The position numbers were made by a program, and so were the translations under genes. The notes below the pieces were generated by a model. The model was given only the letters and a program-made list of their open reading frames with translations. It was not told the origin of the DNA and searched no databases. Below are positions 36,440-45,832 of a stretch of 64,000 bases of DNA, in pieces. Numbering within the stretch: position 1 is the first letter of the stretch; the number at the start of each line of letters is the position of its first letter. This stretch comes from a virus. The stretch is from the IMG/VR virus record IMGVR_UViG_3300020215_000051; one strand, given 5' to 3'.

Positions 36440-38081
36440 GCAGAGCCTCTTTTATAGTTATTAGTCGGCCTGTTTTTTCCATATAATATAAAGTATCCAT
36501 TTCTCCTAATTTTCCTGTTACACGATTCTTCAATATCCGTACTTTCATCTTGTCGCCTTCAATCATATGTTGTTGGTTTCTCTCTAATGAAATAACAACA
36601 TCCGCTATCTGTGCAATAGAGCCTGATCCGCGGAAAGCATTTAATGTGACGGGTTTCCCTGCTTCAAATCCTACTTCCCCTTTTGGACGAGATAGATGTG
36701 ATACTGCTATAACTGTTACTCCTGTTCGCTCTACTAACTCTCGCAATTTAGTCATCAGTATGTCGATATCTTTTCTTTCCCCTTCACGACTGGACTCACT
36801 ACCTGATATCACCATGCTGATATGATCTAAAATAATTACATCCATCTTCTTAATAGAAGCTAAATAATCCAACATGTTTAAGAACTTCTTATTTTGGATA
36901 GAACCAAAGTGATCTAAGAAGGCCAATGTTTCTTTTTTTAATAACGCGTTTACCGTTTCTGTTATAGCGTTATTAGACAATATAGTTGGATCCTCAGCGA
37001 GTAAATAGGCAGGTATATTATTATGAACAGCAACATATGACTGTAATGTTTGCTTTTGTGATTCTTCTAAAAAAATATTTGCAATACGTAATTCTGGATG
37101 TTTGACTAACCAATGATAAACTACTTCTTTTAAAAAGGTACTTTTACCTATGCCTGTGCCGGCACCTACTACGTATAGTCTTCCTTTCTTAATTCCTCTT
37201 AATGATTCTGTTACTATTGGATAAGGTAAGGGCAGACCTTTTGGCTCAGGCTCTTGTAATTTACTAAAATCAATTTGATGACCGAATTTAATTCCTTCTG
37301 GTATAACTTCTCTTGCTGACTTAACAGCAACTCTAACTGCTGCTACACCGTCTTTAATTAAAACTTCATTTGCATCTTTTCTAACAGGGAAATCAACTAT
37401 ATATAATTTCCCTAATGGAAACAGGTCACGACATTTTTTAACCGCTTCCTTACCCGCATCGTCCTGGTCAAACCATAAAACAACTTTATCAAACTTTAAC
37501 AACCATTCTAGGTTGTCTCTAATAGAAGAGGGTGCGCTTGCGGCACCGAGCGGCAATGAAACAGCCTGCAAAGCAGTGTTATTATTTTCTTCGGCTTTCG
37601 TCGCTTCGTAGATTGACATGGCGTCAATCTCACCCTCGGTAACTATAATGCTATTACTAGTATCAGTGCATAAATGAGCACCAAACAAAGTAATAGACTT
37701 GTCGTAATTTATCCATGGAAATGATTTGTTTTCATAACGTAGTTTTTGGCCTACTACTATGCCACTTGTGTCGCGGTAATTTGCTATTTGTACTTTCTGA
37801 CCCGCTAACTCACCAACCTGATAGTCATATTCTTTACAAGTACCAATTGATATTTTTCTATTTGTTAATTCTTCATGCTTGCCGGTAACTTGTACACTAC
37901 GGAAATCATTATCCTTTTTTACCGGCTCTATCACTTCTGTCTTGAGGCCATTCTCGATTCGCGAATCGAGAACATACCCACACGCAAAACATTTCGCTGT
38001 TCCGTTGTCCCACACACAGAGATTGTCTTTTTTCCAATCCTTCTCTCCGCAAGAAGGACAAGGCATGTGCTTAACGGCCAC
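36402..38081 (-). CDS. Primase-helicase (T7 gp4-like)
   Basis: Zn finger CPSC...CFAC, TOPRIM EGEIDA / FDQDDAG, Walker A GTGIGKST, ILDHIS, FRGSGSIAQ. Confidence 0.93.
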   Translation of the reverse strand: MAVKHMPCPSCGEKDWKKDNLCVWDNGTAKCFACGYVLDSRIENGLKTEVIEPVKKDNDFRSVQVTGKHEELTNRKISIGTCKEYDYQVGELAGQKVQIANYRDTSGIVVGQKLRYENKSFPWINYDKSITLFGAHLCTDTSNSIIVTEGEIDAMSIYEATKAEENNNTALQAVSLPLGAASAPSSIRDNLEWLLKFDKVVLWFDQDDAGKEAVKKCRDLFPLGKLYIVDFPVRKDANEVLIKDGVAAVRVAVKSAREVIPEGIKFGHQIDFSKLQEPEPKGLPLPYPIVTESLRGIKKGRLYVVGAGTGIGKSTFLKEVVYHWLVKHPELRIANIFLEESQKQTLQSYVAVHNNIPAYLLAEDPTILSNNAITETVNALLKKETLAFLDHFGSIQNKKFLNMLDYLASIKKMDVIILDHISMVISGSESSREGERKDIDILMTKLRELVERTGVTVIAVSHLSRPKGEVGFEAGKPVTLNAFRGSGSIAQIADVVISLERNQQHMIEGDKMKVRILKNRVTGKLGEMDTLYYMEKTGRLITIKEALHDLPSSGLGDRI

Positions 38082-38502
38082 GTTTCCCCCGACGTTCTTC
38101 TATTTTTTCTAAGTTACGGATAGTCGTTTCACAAACCACTTGAATAAACTGTTCAGCTAATACTTTAGCTTGTCTAGTTTTCAATAAACCAGAGAGAGAA
38201 TCTTCTAATGTGATATAAGGACTTAATACAATATGTAACAATTCATGTCTTAATATTTTTTCTAATTCCTTACTATTCTTGATTGTATCTAAGAACAAAT
38301 CTACTGTTGCTGTTTCATATTCTGGATTAGCATTTGTTAATCCGTAATATGAATGAGTTATGAAAGCACTGTCTTCCTCTTCTGAAAATTGTTCAGTGTG
38401 CACCTTTAAAGAAATTTTCCAGTGCTCTAAACAATACTCGTTAATCAGTTTTGAGAAGTTCTTAGATAACCATTTATTTGCTTCATTCTTTTTCATGGTC
38501 AT
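38071..38502 (-). CDS. Zincin-like protein (HExxH)
   Basis: LRHELLHIVL. Confidence 0.6.
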   Translation of the reverse strand: MTMKKNEANKWLSKNFSKLINEYCLEHWKISLKVHTEQFSEEEDSAFITHSYYGLTNANPEYETATVDLFLDTIKNSKELEKILRHELLHIVLSPYITLEDSLSGLLKTRQAKVLAEQFIQVVCETTIRNLEKIEERRGKRGR

Positions 38503-38729
38503 CCTCTTCTTCTAATTCTTGGATAGTTTGATTAACAACACTAAAACAGTAAGAACATAACTCATCATCTAGCATGAAATCGAAGTCTTTCATAATGACA
38601 TTGCATGATTTGCATCTCATCCTTAACCTCACTTATTATTCTTATTTTTATGGGTTAAATTATTTTTATTCCCTTATATACCCTATACACCCTGTACAAA
38701 ATTTTGTCAACAAAGGAGCAAACAATTTT

Positions 38730-39065
38730 TTATTTTCTCATATATTTTTTATAAGCTTGATGACAACCAAAATGCCTTCTGTTTTTACTGCAATCCCAAT
38801 GCATCATGCCAAACCAACTAGTAAACCACACATAAATACAAGGTTTATTTTTATATTCTCTAAAATATTGTTTACCATCTCTAGGACTGCTCCACTCATT
38901 TCCATATTCTTTTGGATGAGGAAATAAATCATATTTACCTGAAGCAATTAATGCTCTAACAGTTCTTCTTTCTGATCGATGCTCACTTATTTTAAATTTT
39001 TTAACATTCCCTGCTTTGATAACACACAAAGACATAATGGGAGTATGTCGAACACTTCTACTCAT
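38730..39065 (-). CDS. Basic hypothetical phage protein
   Basis: MSRSVRH...PRDGKQY; GGAG RBS. Confidence 0.6.
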   Translation of the reverse strand: MSRSVRHTPIMSLCVIKAGNVKKFKISEHRSERRTVRALIASGKYDLFPHPKEYGNEWSSPRDGKQYFREYKNKPCIYVWFTSWFGMMHWDCSKNRRHFGCHQAYKKYMRK

Positions 39066-39219
39066 ACGTACTCCTTAATAAGGATATCTATCACGCGGAA
39101 GATCGTTGCGTCGTATTTCAAAATAACAATGCAAACAATATTCCCCATCACAATCAAACCATACATCCTGTTCTTCTACGTCTCCGTGACAACGAAAACA
39201 TTTATGAACCATAACAACC

Positions 39220-41251
39220 TCAGCTAACAAGTTCTTCTAAATTAATTCCATGCTCTTCTAGAATGTTAAAGAACTCTCCTCTATCTAACGGAGCCGCCTC
39301 ATATTTTTCATGATTTCGTAATTTCTCTCTTATTTCAACAAGGGCTAACGCCATGTCTAATGCTTTGTTCGCTCGATTAAATGACTCTCTATCTTCAAAA
39401 TCATTTAAATCAAACTCTAGTATGCCTTTCATATTATTTTTCCTCTGCTACACAATGTGCGCGAGAATCACTGCTTCGGATATTAAAACCTTGACTATTT
39501 ACGTGATCTGTATTAACATACAAATCATCGTAAGTGCACTTCACAGTGAGTTGAGTTGCAGCATACGCATCGTTTGAGATATACTTACCAAAGAAAATAA
39601 AGACGATAAAGATTATAATACTAAGGATAGTACCACCTACCATTTCTGGATCGATTTTCATTTTACACCTCGTTAATATAATTATTCTTATCTAGTGAAA
39701 TTTTGATATTGTACTATTCTGTCGTATCCTCCCTTTTCTTCATCTTTGCTGGTTCTATCTTATAAATAGACTCTTGTCCTGCTAAAGCCTTCTGTAGTTC
39801 TTTCCGCAATTCGGGATCATCTAAAATTGCACGTAGTTTTTTACTCATAACTGCTTTCATAATAGCTCCTATAAATTAAGCCCGTTGGAAATACCATAAG
39901 CTATTACGTATACAAACCCTAAGAATATAATGCTTAAAATTATTTCATCTCCATATGTTATGGAGCTAGCTAAGAACAATATGCCAACAAGTGCAGCATT
40001 CCCTATAACCATACCTAAAAATATAAGAAATGCTTTTATATGTATATTCATACTAAATCCCTCATAAAAGATGTCCATCCCTGGACTGCGCCACGAAATT
40101 ATTCTTTCTATTTCTTACAGCTACAAGATTCCTTTATTACTTCTACTTTCTCGTTCAAATTATTTATTTTTGTCGAGTTATTATGTATTTTATCAAAAGC
40201 AATTCCCACTAAAATTATAGTAAAACAAATAATTATTGTATTCATAAAATCTTTCATAACAACTCTCTCACAAGCTGCTCTATCTTGTCTTTAATTTCTA
40301 GGATTTCTGATTTTGTCTTTTCGATTTTTCTAAAGAAGGTACTACTATGCCGTTTAACTTTGAAGTTCTCTCCACCTATCCATGTTAAATTGTCTAATTG
40401 ATTATTATCGTTCTTATCTTCTATCCTTATTTCTAATTTGGTAAACATGGCACACTACCTCAGTTATTTGGTCTCCTCATGGTTGATGTCCGCCTTAGCC
40501 TGCTGCTCCTCTGCTTCTTTATTTTTATGTAACAACTCGTTAATCACTTTATGATGCCTAATCAAATGTGACCTATCTAACGGCGTGGTGTGAACGTAGC
40601 GAGTTGCTTCATGTATCACCCACGCTATATATAAAATAACAAAAAATAAAATTATGTATGCAAACATAGTTACCTCTTTTTTCTCTCTGAACTACAATTA
40701 GAACAACCACAATCAATATTCTCTGCTCTATTTAACTCTATTTCGTATAATAATACTGAGTGAGAATCAAGAAACTCCTTTGGTATAGTGTTCCACCGCT
40801 CCTCTGCTTTCTCTTTCGTGGTATAATACTCATCCATCGCTATATAACCTTCCGTAGTAATCTGGTAAATATATTCTTTACTCATAATTACCCCACTACT
40901 GTTAACATTTATTTCTTGTTTCTTTTTCTTGCTCTTTTTATTTCAACTTTAATCTTAGGTATAAAATACATGAATAAACCGCCTAATACTAAACCATATT
41001 GAAAGGGCTCGTTCCAGTCATAATAAAATCCTGTTTTTATAACAAACCCAGCATACACTGATAAAAAGAACAATATAACTTTCATTTCGTTTCTCCTACT
41101 CAAGATCAACCTGTTCAGAATACTCTTCAATCAAATCATGCAACACCATATTATGCTTCTCACGTTCAATGCGCATGTCGTAGTTAGCTCTTCTATCTTG
41201 CATGTGCTGATAGAATTTATTTACATGTGTTTGTGTTAAGAATTCATTCAT
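39220..41251 (-). other. Run of small early-region ORFs (39220-39432, 39434-39661, 39869-40078, 40254-40448, 40464-40667, 40670-40885, 40909-41130, plus unlisted 41096-41251), several membrane-spanning
   Basis: Tightly tiled - strand ORFs with GAGG/GGAG RBSs. Confidence 0.6.
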
Positions 41252-42483
41252 GACACCCTCCTGGCTTGTAAAACCTCACACACAACCTCTTCTTCGGCCC
41301 TACTATTTTTAATGATATCTCCTACTCTTACTCCATTAATTGTGCTTCCTAAATCGCCCTTCTTGAATAACTTATTTGCTATTAAATTACAAAGGGTCAC
41401 AACTGATGTTCCATTACTAGATTTTACTTTATAATCATGTGTCTCAAAACCATCATTGGCAGATGCTATTGCAATCTCAGCTAACTTATCAAAGCTGTCA
41501 TAATCAGAACTCTTGGTTGAAATTGAATTCTCTTTTACCGTAAATTGCTTACGTGGATTCTCATTAGAAATAAACGTAAGAGTCTTGTTAGTTGAATCTA
41601 AAAATGGTTTTAAATCATGCTCTTTAGCAAAAGCAACTACCGCTTCTTTTACTACTGTGACTTCGCCCTTCTTCTCTGTAAATTTGTTGAAGTAATTTTC
41701 ATCACCAGATACACCGTGTGCATCTTCAGGAACATCAGATTTCTCTTTTTCCTTTTTACTTTGTTGTAATGATTCCAGTGTTTCTTTAAGTTTTGATTTA
41801 AAGCTTTGCACCGTTTCATTATAATATTCTGTTCTTTTACTTACGTCATCTAATGTCTTAATAGCATTAAATCTAGCTTTTTGAATTATTGATTTTGATA
41901 GCTCCTTTAATTCGGCTATAAACTCATTTGCATCATGCTCTGTCATAAATTGTTTGAATTTTTCATTAGCAGCAGAAGCAAAAGCAGAATCAATTGCTTG
42001 TTTTAATTTTTCTATTTCCTCTTGTTTCTTGGCTTCTTCTTCAGCTTTCTTAACTCGTTCTTCCTCTTCTTTTCTTGCCTTTTCTTCTTCCGCTTTTTGT
42101 TTCGCTTCTTCTGCTTCGCGTCTCGCCTTTTCTTCTGCTTGTTGTTTCATCTCAGGAGAGCTCGCGTGTTTTTCTGCTTCCCATCTCTTATAATTTTCTT
42201 CTCGTCTCTCTGCATCTTCAGCATTTGCTCTGGCTTTCTCCATTTTCTCCGGATCAGATAAACATTCATATGCTTCTGATACCGCTTTGAATTTTTCATT
42301 AGCTTCCGTAACCCTCGCTGCTATTTCTTCCGGTAGTAACTTCGCCTGTATTGCTGCTTGTTTTACTTTATCTGGGTGTTGTTGGATAGAGAACTTCCTA
42401 TAAGCTTTTTTAATAACATCTATTGCTGCCCCTTCAGGCACACCTAATAAATCATAAAATTTCTTAACATTAAACTTAGACAT
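41248..42483 (-). CDS. J-domain (DnaJ-like) protein with long E/K coiled coil and unrecognised C-terminal domain
   Basis: FYDLLGV...IKKAYRK...HPDK...FKAVSEAYECLSDP. Confidence 0.88.
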   Translation of the reverse strand: MSKFNVKKFYDLLGVPEGAAIDVIKKAYRKFSIQQHPDKVKQAAIQAKLLPEEIAARVTEANEKFKAVSEAYECLSDPEKMEKARANAEDAERREENYKRWEAEKHASSPEMKQQAEEKARREAEEAKQKAEEEKARKEEEERVKKAEEEAKKQEEIEKLKQAIDSAFASAANEKFKQFMTEHDANEFIAELKELSKSIIQKARFNAIKTLDDVSKRTEYYNETVQSFKSKLKETLESLQQSKKEKEKSDVPEDAHGVSGDENYFNKFTEKKGEVTVVKEAVVAFAKEHDLKPFLDSTNKTLTFISNENPRKQFTVKENSISTKSSDYDSFDKLAEIAIASANDGFETHDYKVKSSNGTSVVTLCNLIANKLFKKGDLGSTINGVRVGDIIKNSRAEEEVVCEVLQARRVS

Positions 42484-42502
42484 GGCACACTCCTCGAACT
42501 AA

Positions 42503-42531
42503 TTGACATTGATAGTTGAAGTGTTTACAAT
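42503..42531 (+). promoter_or_regulatory. sigma70-like promoter opposing the early operon
   Basis: TTGACA-17-TACAAT. Confidence 0.65.
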
Positions 42532-42559
42532 CTTTCTAGTTATAATATTGGAATTCGTT

Positions 42560-42967
42560 ATGTTCAGACCCTCTACTGTAGCTCCTTTAAAAGAAAGACT
42601 TACCTCTCTCTTAAAAGAATTATCTTCTGCAAAAGATACTCGTGATCTGGAAAAATTTTTTGAAGCTTCTGAACAATTTGATACTTTAAAGACTGATACT
42701 GAATCTGCAAAAACCTCTATATCTGAGAATGAACGAGAAGCCTTACAAGAATTCTCAGACGGTCTGTATGTAGTAGAATTAACATTCTTAACTGTGATAC
42801 AAGAAATGTGTAAGACATTCGAAGATCGATTAAAAGCCCATCCTTCTGTTCGATTAGTATCTGATATACCATCATTGGAAGAGACGGAACTAAAACAGGC
42901 CAAAGAGGAATATAACGAGCGATTACATAGAGTAAGCGACTTAAAGTGTACTGCTTTTACTAAGTAA
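42560..42967 (+). CDS. Helical acidic protein, moron-like (start probably MFRPSTV at 42560)
   Basis: E/K/L-rich composition; own promoter; opposite orientation to its neighbours. Confidence 0.55.
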   Translation: MFRPSTVAPLKERLTSLLKELSSAKDTRDLEKFFEASEQFDTLKTDTESAKTSISENEREALQEFSDGLYVVELTFLTVIQEMCKTFEDRLKAHPSVRLVSDIPSLEETELKQAKEEYNERLHRVSDLKCTAFTK

Positions 42968-42984
42968 ATACTCATCACACTCCC

Positions 42985-43200
42985 CTATTTAATCGGTATA
43001 TTGATAAAGAATGGGTACTGCTTGTTACCGTCTCGATATCCTATTCTTATTTGTATGTACTTTTGTTTGTTCTGCTTCACGACTACTATGATGCTTGTGT
43101 GATCTAATATAGAAACATTGCCATTGTCATATTGAATCCCTACCCAATCTCTCCCTGTTTCTTTCTCAAATTCTATGATGTCGTCATATATAGTAGCCAT
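42985..43200 (-). CDS. Hypothetical protein (71 aa)
   Basis: GAGGT RBS; first gene left of the regulatory gap. Confidence 0.6.
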   Translation of the reverse strand: MATIYDDIIEFEKETGRDWVGIQYDNGNVSILDHTSIIVVVKQNKQKYIQIRIGYRDGNKQYPFFINIPIK

Positions 43201-43334
43201 GACACATACCTCTTTTTCATCACCCCTATATATTATATATACACCAAGTACAAAAAAATTCCACTATTACGACAAAAAAATTACACTTTTATTACAAATA
43301 TTGTATACTTCCTATATGACAATAGGAGGTATTT

Positions 43335-43535
43335 ATGGAATTCCCATCAACAAACATTAGCGTTCGATTAAGTTTAGATACTATTAAAAAGCTGGATAAC
43401 GTAGTTGATAAGGTAAACCAACAAGCTCGTATTAAAATAACTAAGCGAATGATACTAGAAGCTTTGATAAATGAAGCAGATACACGGTCTGCTGATGAGA
43501 TCTTATTAGCTATATTTAACCAGATACAAGAATAG
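43335..43535 (+). CDS. Ribbon-helix-helix-like regulator 1
   Basis: Alternating strand TNISVRL followed by two helices; AGGAGGT RBS. Confidence 0.6.
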   Translation: MEFPSTNISVRLSLDTIKKLDNVVDKVNQQARIKITKRMILEALINEADTRSADEILLAIFNQIQE

Positions 43536-43611
43536 GTTGACATACATCACCTCACATTGCAGTATAGACCTTGTATAGAATTTAGTCAATACTATAGTAA
43601 AGATCTTAGTA

Positions 43612-43836
43612 TTGCCAACAAGGAATACTATCGTGTTGAGACAGCGCCGAAAAGCAGTTAACTTTAAGATGCGGATAGAGATCGATCAGCTATTCAGAGA
43701 AACTGTAGAAAAGATAAATGCTAAAGCAAATAGACCTGTTGCTATGATTGAATTAATAGAAGCATTAATAGAAGAAGCAGGAACTATTCGATCAACAGAA
43801 GAATTAATTAGACTGTTAAAACTACGCAATAAATAG
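43612..43836 (+). CDS. Ribbon-helix-helix-like regulator 2 (paralog)
   Basis: AVNFKMR strand; shares EALI.EA.T.S..E with regulator 1. Confidence 0.5.
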   Translation: MPTRNTIVLRQRRKAVNFKMRIEIDQLFRETVEKINAKANRPVAMIELIEALIEEAGTIRSTEELIRLLKLRNK

Positions 43837-43910
43837 CCATACAACCTCCATACAGCTTCACCACGCTGTTCAACTACTATGACCTATAGGTAGAGATATA
43901 GGGTATGTCT

Positions 43911-43936
43911 AATAGTTGTACTATAGTACAACTATT
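43911..43936. promoter_or_regulatory. 26-bp perfect palindrome, candidate operator
   Basis: AATAGTTGTACTATAGTACAACTATT; core TACTATAGTA also at 43590-43599. Confidence 0.6.
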
Positions 43937-43946
43937 GGTCTTTTAC

Positions 43947-43975
43947 TTGACAAATCTTGATTCATGTGCTATACT
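43947..43975 (+). promoter_or_regulatory. sigma70 promoter with extended -10
   Basis: TTGACA-17-TATACT; shares CTTGACAAA...TGTGCTATA with the 463 promoter. Confidence 0.75.
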
Positions 43976-44053
43976 AAGAATGTCGGCGGTAGCCATATCT
44001 ATATCTATCTGTAGTACATGGATGTACGTAAGACTGATTAAATAGCAGGATGC

Positions 44054-44419
44054 TTAAAGCTTTAGTTTATGTTTCTCTATCCAACTGTTTAACTGATTAT
44101 CTTCTAGATAAGATAAACTAGAATCAGTAATAAATTGCATAGGGATTAATAGCTCTGCTCTTGCACCTTCTCCTAATCGCTTACTGTTATAGACAGCATT
44201 ATCTAATAGCAACACTAACTCACTATTATCTTTGATTAGATCCTTAATCCACATCCCTGTAGAAGGATTAAAGTCTTTTATCGTAGCTGTATCCACAATG
44301 AAGGTACATAAAAAATCATATGTACTGTCACTCATGATAGGATCATCTAATACTTCATATGCATAGGCAGCTATTATCACCTGCCACTCTGTAGAACTAA
44401 AATTTATATTTGTATTCAT
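44054..44419 (-). CDS. Stand-alone protein resembling domain Ia of NAD-dependent DNA ligase
   Basis: AYAYEVLDDPIMSDSTYD matches the YY..D.P..SD..YD pattern. Confidence 0.5.
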   Translation of the reverse strand: MNTNINFSSTEWQVIIAAYAYEVLDDPIMSDSTYDFLCTFIVDTATIKDFNPSTGMWIKDLIKDNSELVLLLDNAVYNSKRLGEGARAELLIPMQFITDSSLSYLEDNQLNSWIEKHKLKL

Positions 44420-44588
44420 TGATTATGCTCGTATTGCCATAGTCCGTTACAACATGTTGCGTTGAAGATCCATCATCTTCATAGGTTTGACAAAGTTGCA
44501 TATTACCAGATTCGGTACAATACGTACTGGCTGCTTGTACAGACATTGTTAACAATAGTGATACCATGATAACTAATAGCTTATTCAT
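44397..44588 (-). CDS. Small secreted protein (signal peptide, two Cys)
   Basis: MNKLLVIMVSLLLTMSVQA then CTESGNMQLC. Confidence 0.6.
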   Translation of the reverse strand: MNKLLVIMVSLLLTMSVQAASTYCTESGNMQLCQTYEDDGSSTQHVVTDYGNTSIINEYKYKF

Positions 44589-45103
44589 AACTGCCTCCCC
44601 ATTCTTAATTGAGATAGTGACCCTTTCGTTACTCTTGGTGATGCTACTTCCTCCTTCTTTGGTTTAGGTGATTTACGAACTGGCTGTAGCACTAATGCTG
44701 CCAATATATCTTCACGACGAGACTTTCTCTGAATAACATATGGGAAACCTCCTATAATTTCTCGTTCAAATTGGTCAATTTCTTTCCTCTTATAATACTC
44801 ATTATACCGAGCCCTAAAAATATGGCTGTAGCCTCCTATACCGCTTTTATATGCCATAACTGCTGCATCATGCAACGCTAAATCAATGTCGTTCCTTAGA
44901 CAATGTCTTGACACTAGTGAGTCTGTTTTGACACGGGCTTCTTCTCGCATCATCTCCTGATTATTTAATTCAGCAAAAGTGTCTATAGCATATTCTTTCG
45001 TTTCTTTTTGCTTTGTCATAAAGTTACAACAGCAAAAGAAATTTAAGAATCGCTTTACTCCATCCCACAACCAGCTACCAAATTGTTTAATTGCTTCTAT
45101 CAT
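44585..45103 (-). CDS. Hypothetical protein with amphipathic, Cys-rich N-terminus
   Basis: MIEAIKQF...FFCCCNFMTK. Confidence 0.65.
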   Translation of the reverse strand: MIEAIKQFGSWLWDGVKRFLNFFCCCNFMTKQKETKEYAIDTFAELNNQEMMREEARVKTDSLVSRHCLRNDIDLALHDAAVMAYKSGIGGYSHIFRARYNEYYKRKEIDQFEREIIGGFPYVIQRKSRREDILAALVLQPVRKSPKPKKEEVASPRVTKGSLSQLRMGRQL

Positions 45104-45105
45104 TA

Positions 45106-45456
45106 TTAGCCTCCTCGTTTTGGTCTAAATATTTCACCTAATGCAATATTTTCAATTTCGTCCCAACCGAATTTACCGCGATTAGCCGAATGCGAATACA
45201 TCTTGCAGTTATGACCACGACGGAATTCATTACTGCTCTCCTTGCGCGTAAGCTCTTTCACAAAACTGCATGAATTTTGCTCAATGTTCTCTCTTGCCTC
45301 TTTTTCTTTTCTATCTGCCTCATGCATCATCATATACATGTTGTTCGCTTTACTTATATTTGCTATTGCTTTTATTTCTCTCTCCTCTTTAGTAACAAAA
45401 CAACTAGCAATCATTTTGTATAACCCTTTAAAGAACTGTTTAATTTGTTTTATCAT
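45106..45456 (-). CDS. Hypothetical protein, N-terminally similar to 44585-45103
   Basis: MIKQIKQF...SCFVTKEE. Confidence 0.65.
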   Translation of the reverse strand: MIKQIKQFFKGLYKMIASCFVTKEEREIKAIANISKANNMYMMMHEADRKEKEARENIEQNSCSFVKELTRKESSNEFRRGHNCKMYSHSANRGKFGWDEIENIALGEIFRPKRGG

Positions 45457-45461
45457 AGTAG

Positions 45462-45710
45462 TTATCTCCTCATTCTTGGCGTTGTTGGTTCTTCATCATG
45501 AGACGTAGATGTATTTCTTTCCGCTATTCTTTTCAAATCAGTTACAACTTCCCGAATCATGTTGAATCGTTCGCTTAATTTTTTGGATTTTTCATTAAAA
45601 ACATCTTCAGGCATTCCTTGGATATATTGCTTCCCAAGTTCTATGACATCTTTCTGAAGTAGTTCTTGCTGTACACTTATTCGATCTATAATATCTCTTG
45701 TATTACCCAT
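45462..45710 (-). CDS. Hypothetical coiled-coil protein
   Basis: GAGGAG RBS. Confidence 0.65.
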   Translation of the reverse strand: MGNTRDIIDRISVQQELLQKDVIELGKQYIQGMPEDVFNEKSKKLSERFNMIREVVTDLKRIAERNTSTSHDEEPTTPRMRR

Positions 45711-45727
45711 GACACTTCTCCTCGTTA

Positions 45728-45832
45728 TTAAAGTAATCGGTCACATATCAAATCAACACATTGGTTTATTAAATTTATTAACTCATCATCTGTTAGTCCT
45801 AGTAATAATGTCTTCATCTGTTCTATGCTCAT
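45728..45832 (-). CDS. Small protein (34 aa), not in the ORF track
   Basis: GAGG RBS; MSIEQMKTLLLGLTDDELINLINQCVDLICDRLL. Confidence 0.5.
   Translation of the reverse strand: MSIEQMKTLLLGLTDDELINLINQCVDLICDRLL

Noticed and set aside
43911-43936. Protelomerase (tel) site
   Set aside because: Palindrome is short and no protelomerase gene is present; int/attP indicates chromosomal integration.
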